Assembly (NCBI GenBank): GCA_013239625.1 | Contig: MU054541.1 | Location: 17,024,567-17,088,566 of the forward strand | DNA from: Lama guanicoe | Lineage: Eukaryota | DNA length: 64,000 nucleotides | Direction: 5' to 3' | Shown here: positions 62,301 to 64,000 of the stretch, piece by piece | How the letters are laid out: each line of letters starts with the position of its first letter | Position numbering within the stretch: position 1 is the stretch's first letter | Program-made: the position numbers and the translations under genes | The notes under the pieces: generated by a model | What the model was told of the DNA's origin: nothing | Databases searched by the model: none | What the model saw: only the letters and a program-made list of their open reading frames with translations

Positions 62301-64000
62301 TGGTGGGTTTTCTTCTCGAACCCCACCCCCCCGACCTCAGCCTTTCCTCCTGTGGTTCCCTCTCTGAGTTGTTCCAAACCAGGACTTTCCACATAAAATA
62401 GTGAAACATAAATGAAAGAATTTTTCTAGCCTGGTTGCTCCGTGTCTGCCTGCCGGCTTCACCTCCAAACGTCGGTGTCACCATCAAGGGTGGGCCCACG
62501 TCTCCCGGCGTCCGCTCCCGCTCTTGCCCTCAGAGAAGGACGGTCAGAGCACCAGGCTAGCCCTTGAGACGGCAGCGCAGTGACCGGGAGAGACGGGGCC
62601 CGTGGCGCCCAGGTAGGGAAGTCTGTGGAAGTCACGGGGTGCCTTGCAGGTTGAGGCCTTGACGTGAACTCACGACTTCAGGGATGTTTCCCAGGATCTT
62701 CCCAGCCGTTCGAAGTCACTGTCTGCAGAGTAGCTGTGGCGACCCTGATGGTGCCCTCGAGGCTTGTGCCGTGGCGGGAGCCCTCGGCTGCGACTGGCCT
62801 TGAACATCGCATTTCAGATCTTTCTCACGGCTGCATTTTCCAGACCCGGCCTGTGGCCCTTCAGCAGGATCAGAGCTGAAGGTTAAAAATGAAGTTTTAC
62901 TTTCCTTTCCCACGGGGCAGACGTTCAGAGAAGACGGGGCTGGCTGACAGCACCCTGGCAGCCTCCTTGCGCTCCGACCTCGCCCAGAACTCCTTCTCTG
63001 GGCCTGATGAAATGCATGCTTTCCTCATCAGAAAATGAGGTTCCCACCAGAACCAGGCCAGCCTCGGTTCCCAGCTGCGAGTGGGACGGCCTTGGGTGGC
63101 ACCGCCCTTTCCTGCCCGGGCGGAGACCTGGGCCGTAGGAAGGGTTTCAGAGTCAGGCGTCCGGGGCTGCCGTGTTGGGAGGGAGAGCTTTCGGCGTTCC
63201 TGGAATCCCCTTCTTTCTGGAAGCGAGCAGACGGAGACGCAACCGTGAGCCGGGGGAGCCGGCATTGTGACTGGGCCGGAGCAGGCGGGAGGCTGGGGGG
63301 CTGGCCGTCCGGATGGAGCAGCGTTCTTGCCCCGAACTCCGGGTCCTGTGAGCACACCTGTCCGGAGGCCTTCCCTCCCTCTCATTAGCTGCGCAGGCCC
63401 GACCTAAAAGCCAGACTTGGACTCTTAAATGTTTCCCTGGGGCGCGTGGGGCCATGCCTGCCCTAGCTGTGGGGGGCCGGCGCGGTGGGCCGGCACGGGG
63501 CCTGGGGACTCGGGGGCTCTGAGCTTTATGGTCCCAGCTCCTCTAACACTGAAGCCCTCTGGGCTGCTAAGGGCTTCGGTTCCCACACCTACAGAGAGGG
63601 GCCAGGCAGGGGCCCCCAGGCCCAGGAGGACCCCAGGCCCCTCCCTCGTCAGTGGGTGGCCGTCACAGGACAAGCCCAGGGCCTTAACTCAGCTCCCCTT
63701 CCCGCGGGATTAGGGGTTCCTGCAGAGATAAAGCGGTGCTGGAAGCTCGTGTTAATTGAGTTCCTGGCCGGGGACCATGATTAACACTTCGAGGTGTGGA
63801 GAGGAGGCCCGGTCTCCGACGGGCAGTCGCCCTCCCTGCGTTTCCAGACGCCTAGAGCCGCGGGGAGGGGATCGCAGGGTCTCCCCACCGCTGGGAAGTT
63901 GGACCCGGTGCAGTGCAGGGCGCGGGGCTCTGGCTGTGCAGGCTGGGCCGGCCGACATGTTCAGGTCCCTGGGACCTGTGTCCTCTACCCGGGGCAGGGG

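Noticed and set aside
58628-62367. 350-, 282- and 298-aa ORFs
   Set aside because: They overlap MIR/L1 remnants and a tandem repeat (PQTPQT), with no homology or splice structure recognised.

Overview
Eukaryotic (placental mammal) genomic DNA, GC- and CpG-rich. It is recognisable as the GMDS-FOXC1 locus, syntenic with human 6p25. Bases 1-24,222 are most likely the distal part of the very large penultimate GMDS intron. The last two GMDS coding exons (+ strand) are at 24,223-24,291 and 24,451-24,513, followed by a short 3' UTR. The single-exon FOXC1 gene lies on the - strand, convergent with GMDS: stop at 35,281, ATG predicted at about 36,894 inside an N-run that hides the whole forkhead domain, 3' UTR extending to about 33,514. 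Bases from about 37,400 to 64,000 are FOXC1 upstream regulatory DNA, including the position where human FOXCUT lies. The window also holds a chain of CpG islands, several AT-rich motif-dense candidate enhancers, ancient L1/L2/MIR fragments and simple repeats. I recognised no Alu, B1/B2 or other young order-specific SINE, and no RNA gene or CRISPR. Nearly all ORFs in the six-frame track are chance products of high GC. I found no convincing new biological system. The best-supported unusual signals are: (1) a strong AT-to-GC substitution asymmetry (23:3) between two related L1 3' ends; (2) evidence that the N-runs are base-for-base masks from a reference-guided consensus; (3) contracted FOXC1 homopolymer tracts; (4) an in-frame, stop-free GMDS last intron inside a terminal CpG island. 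Comparisons with human sequences and repeat consensuses are from memory and need database confirmation.
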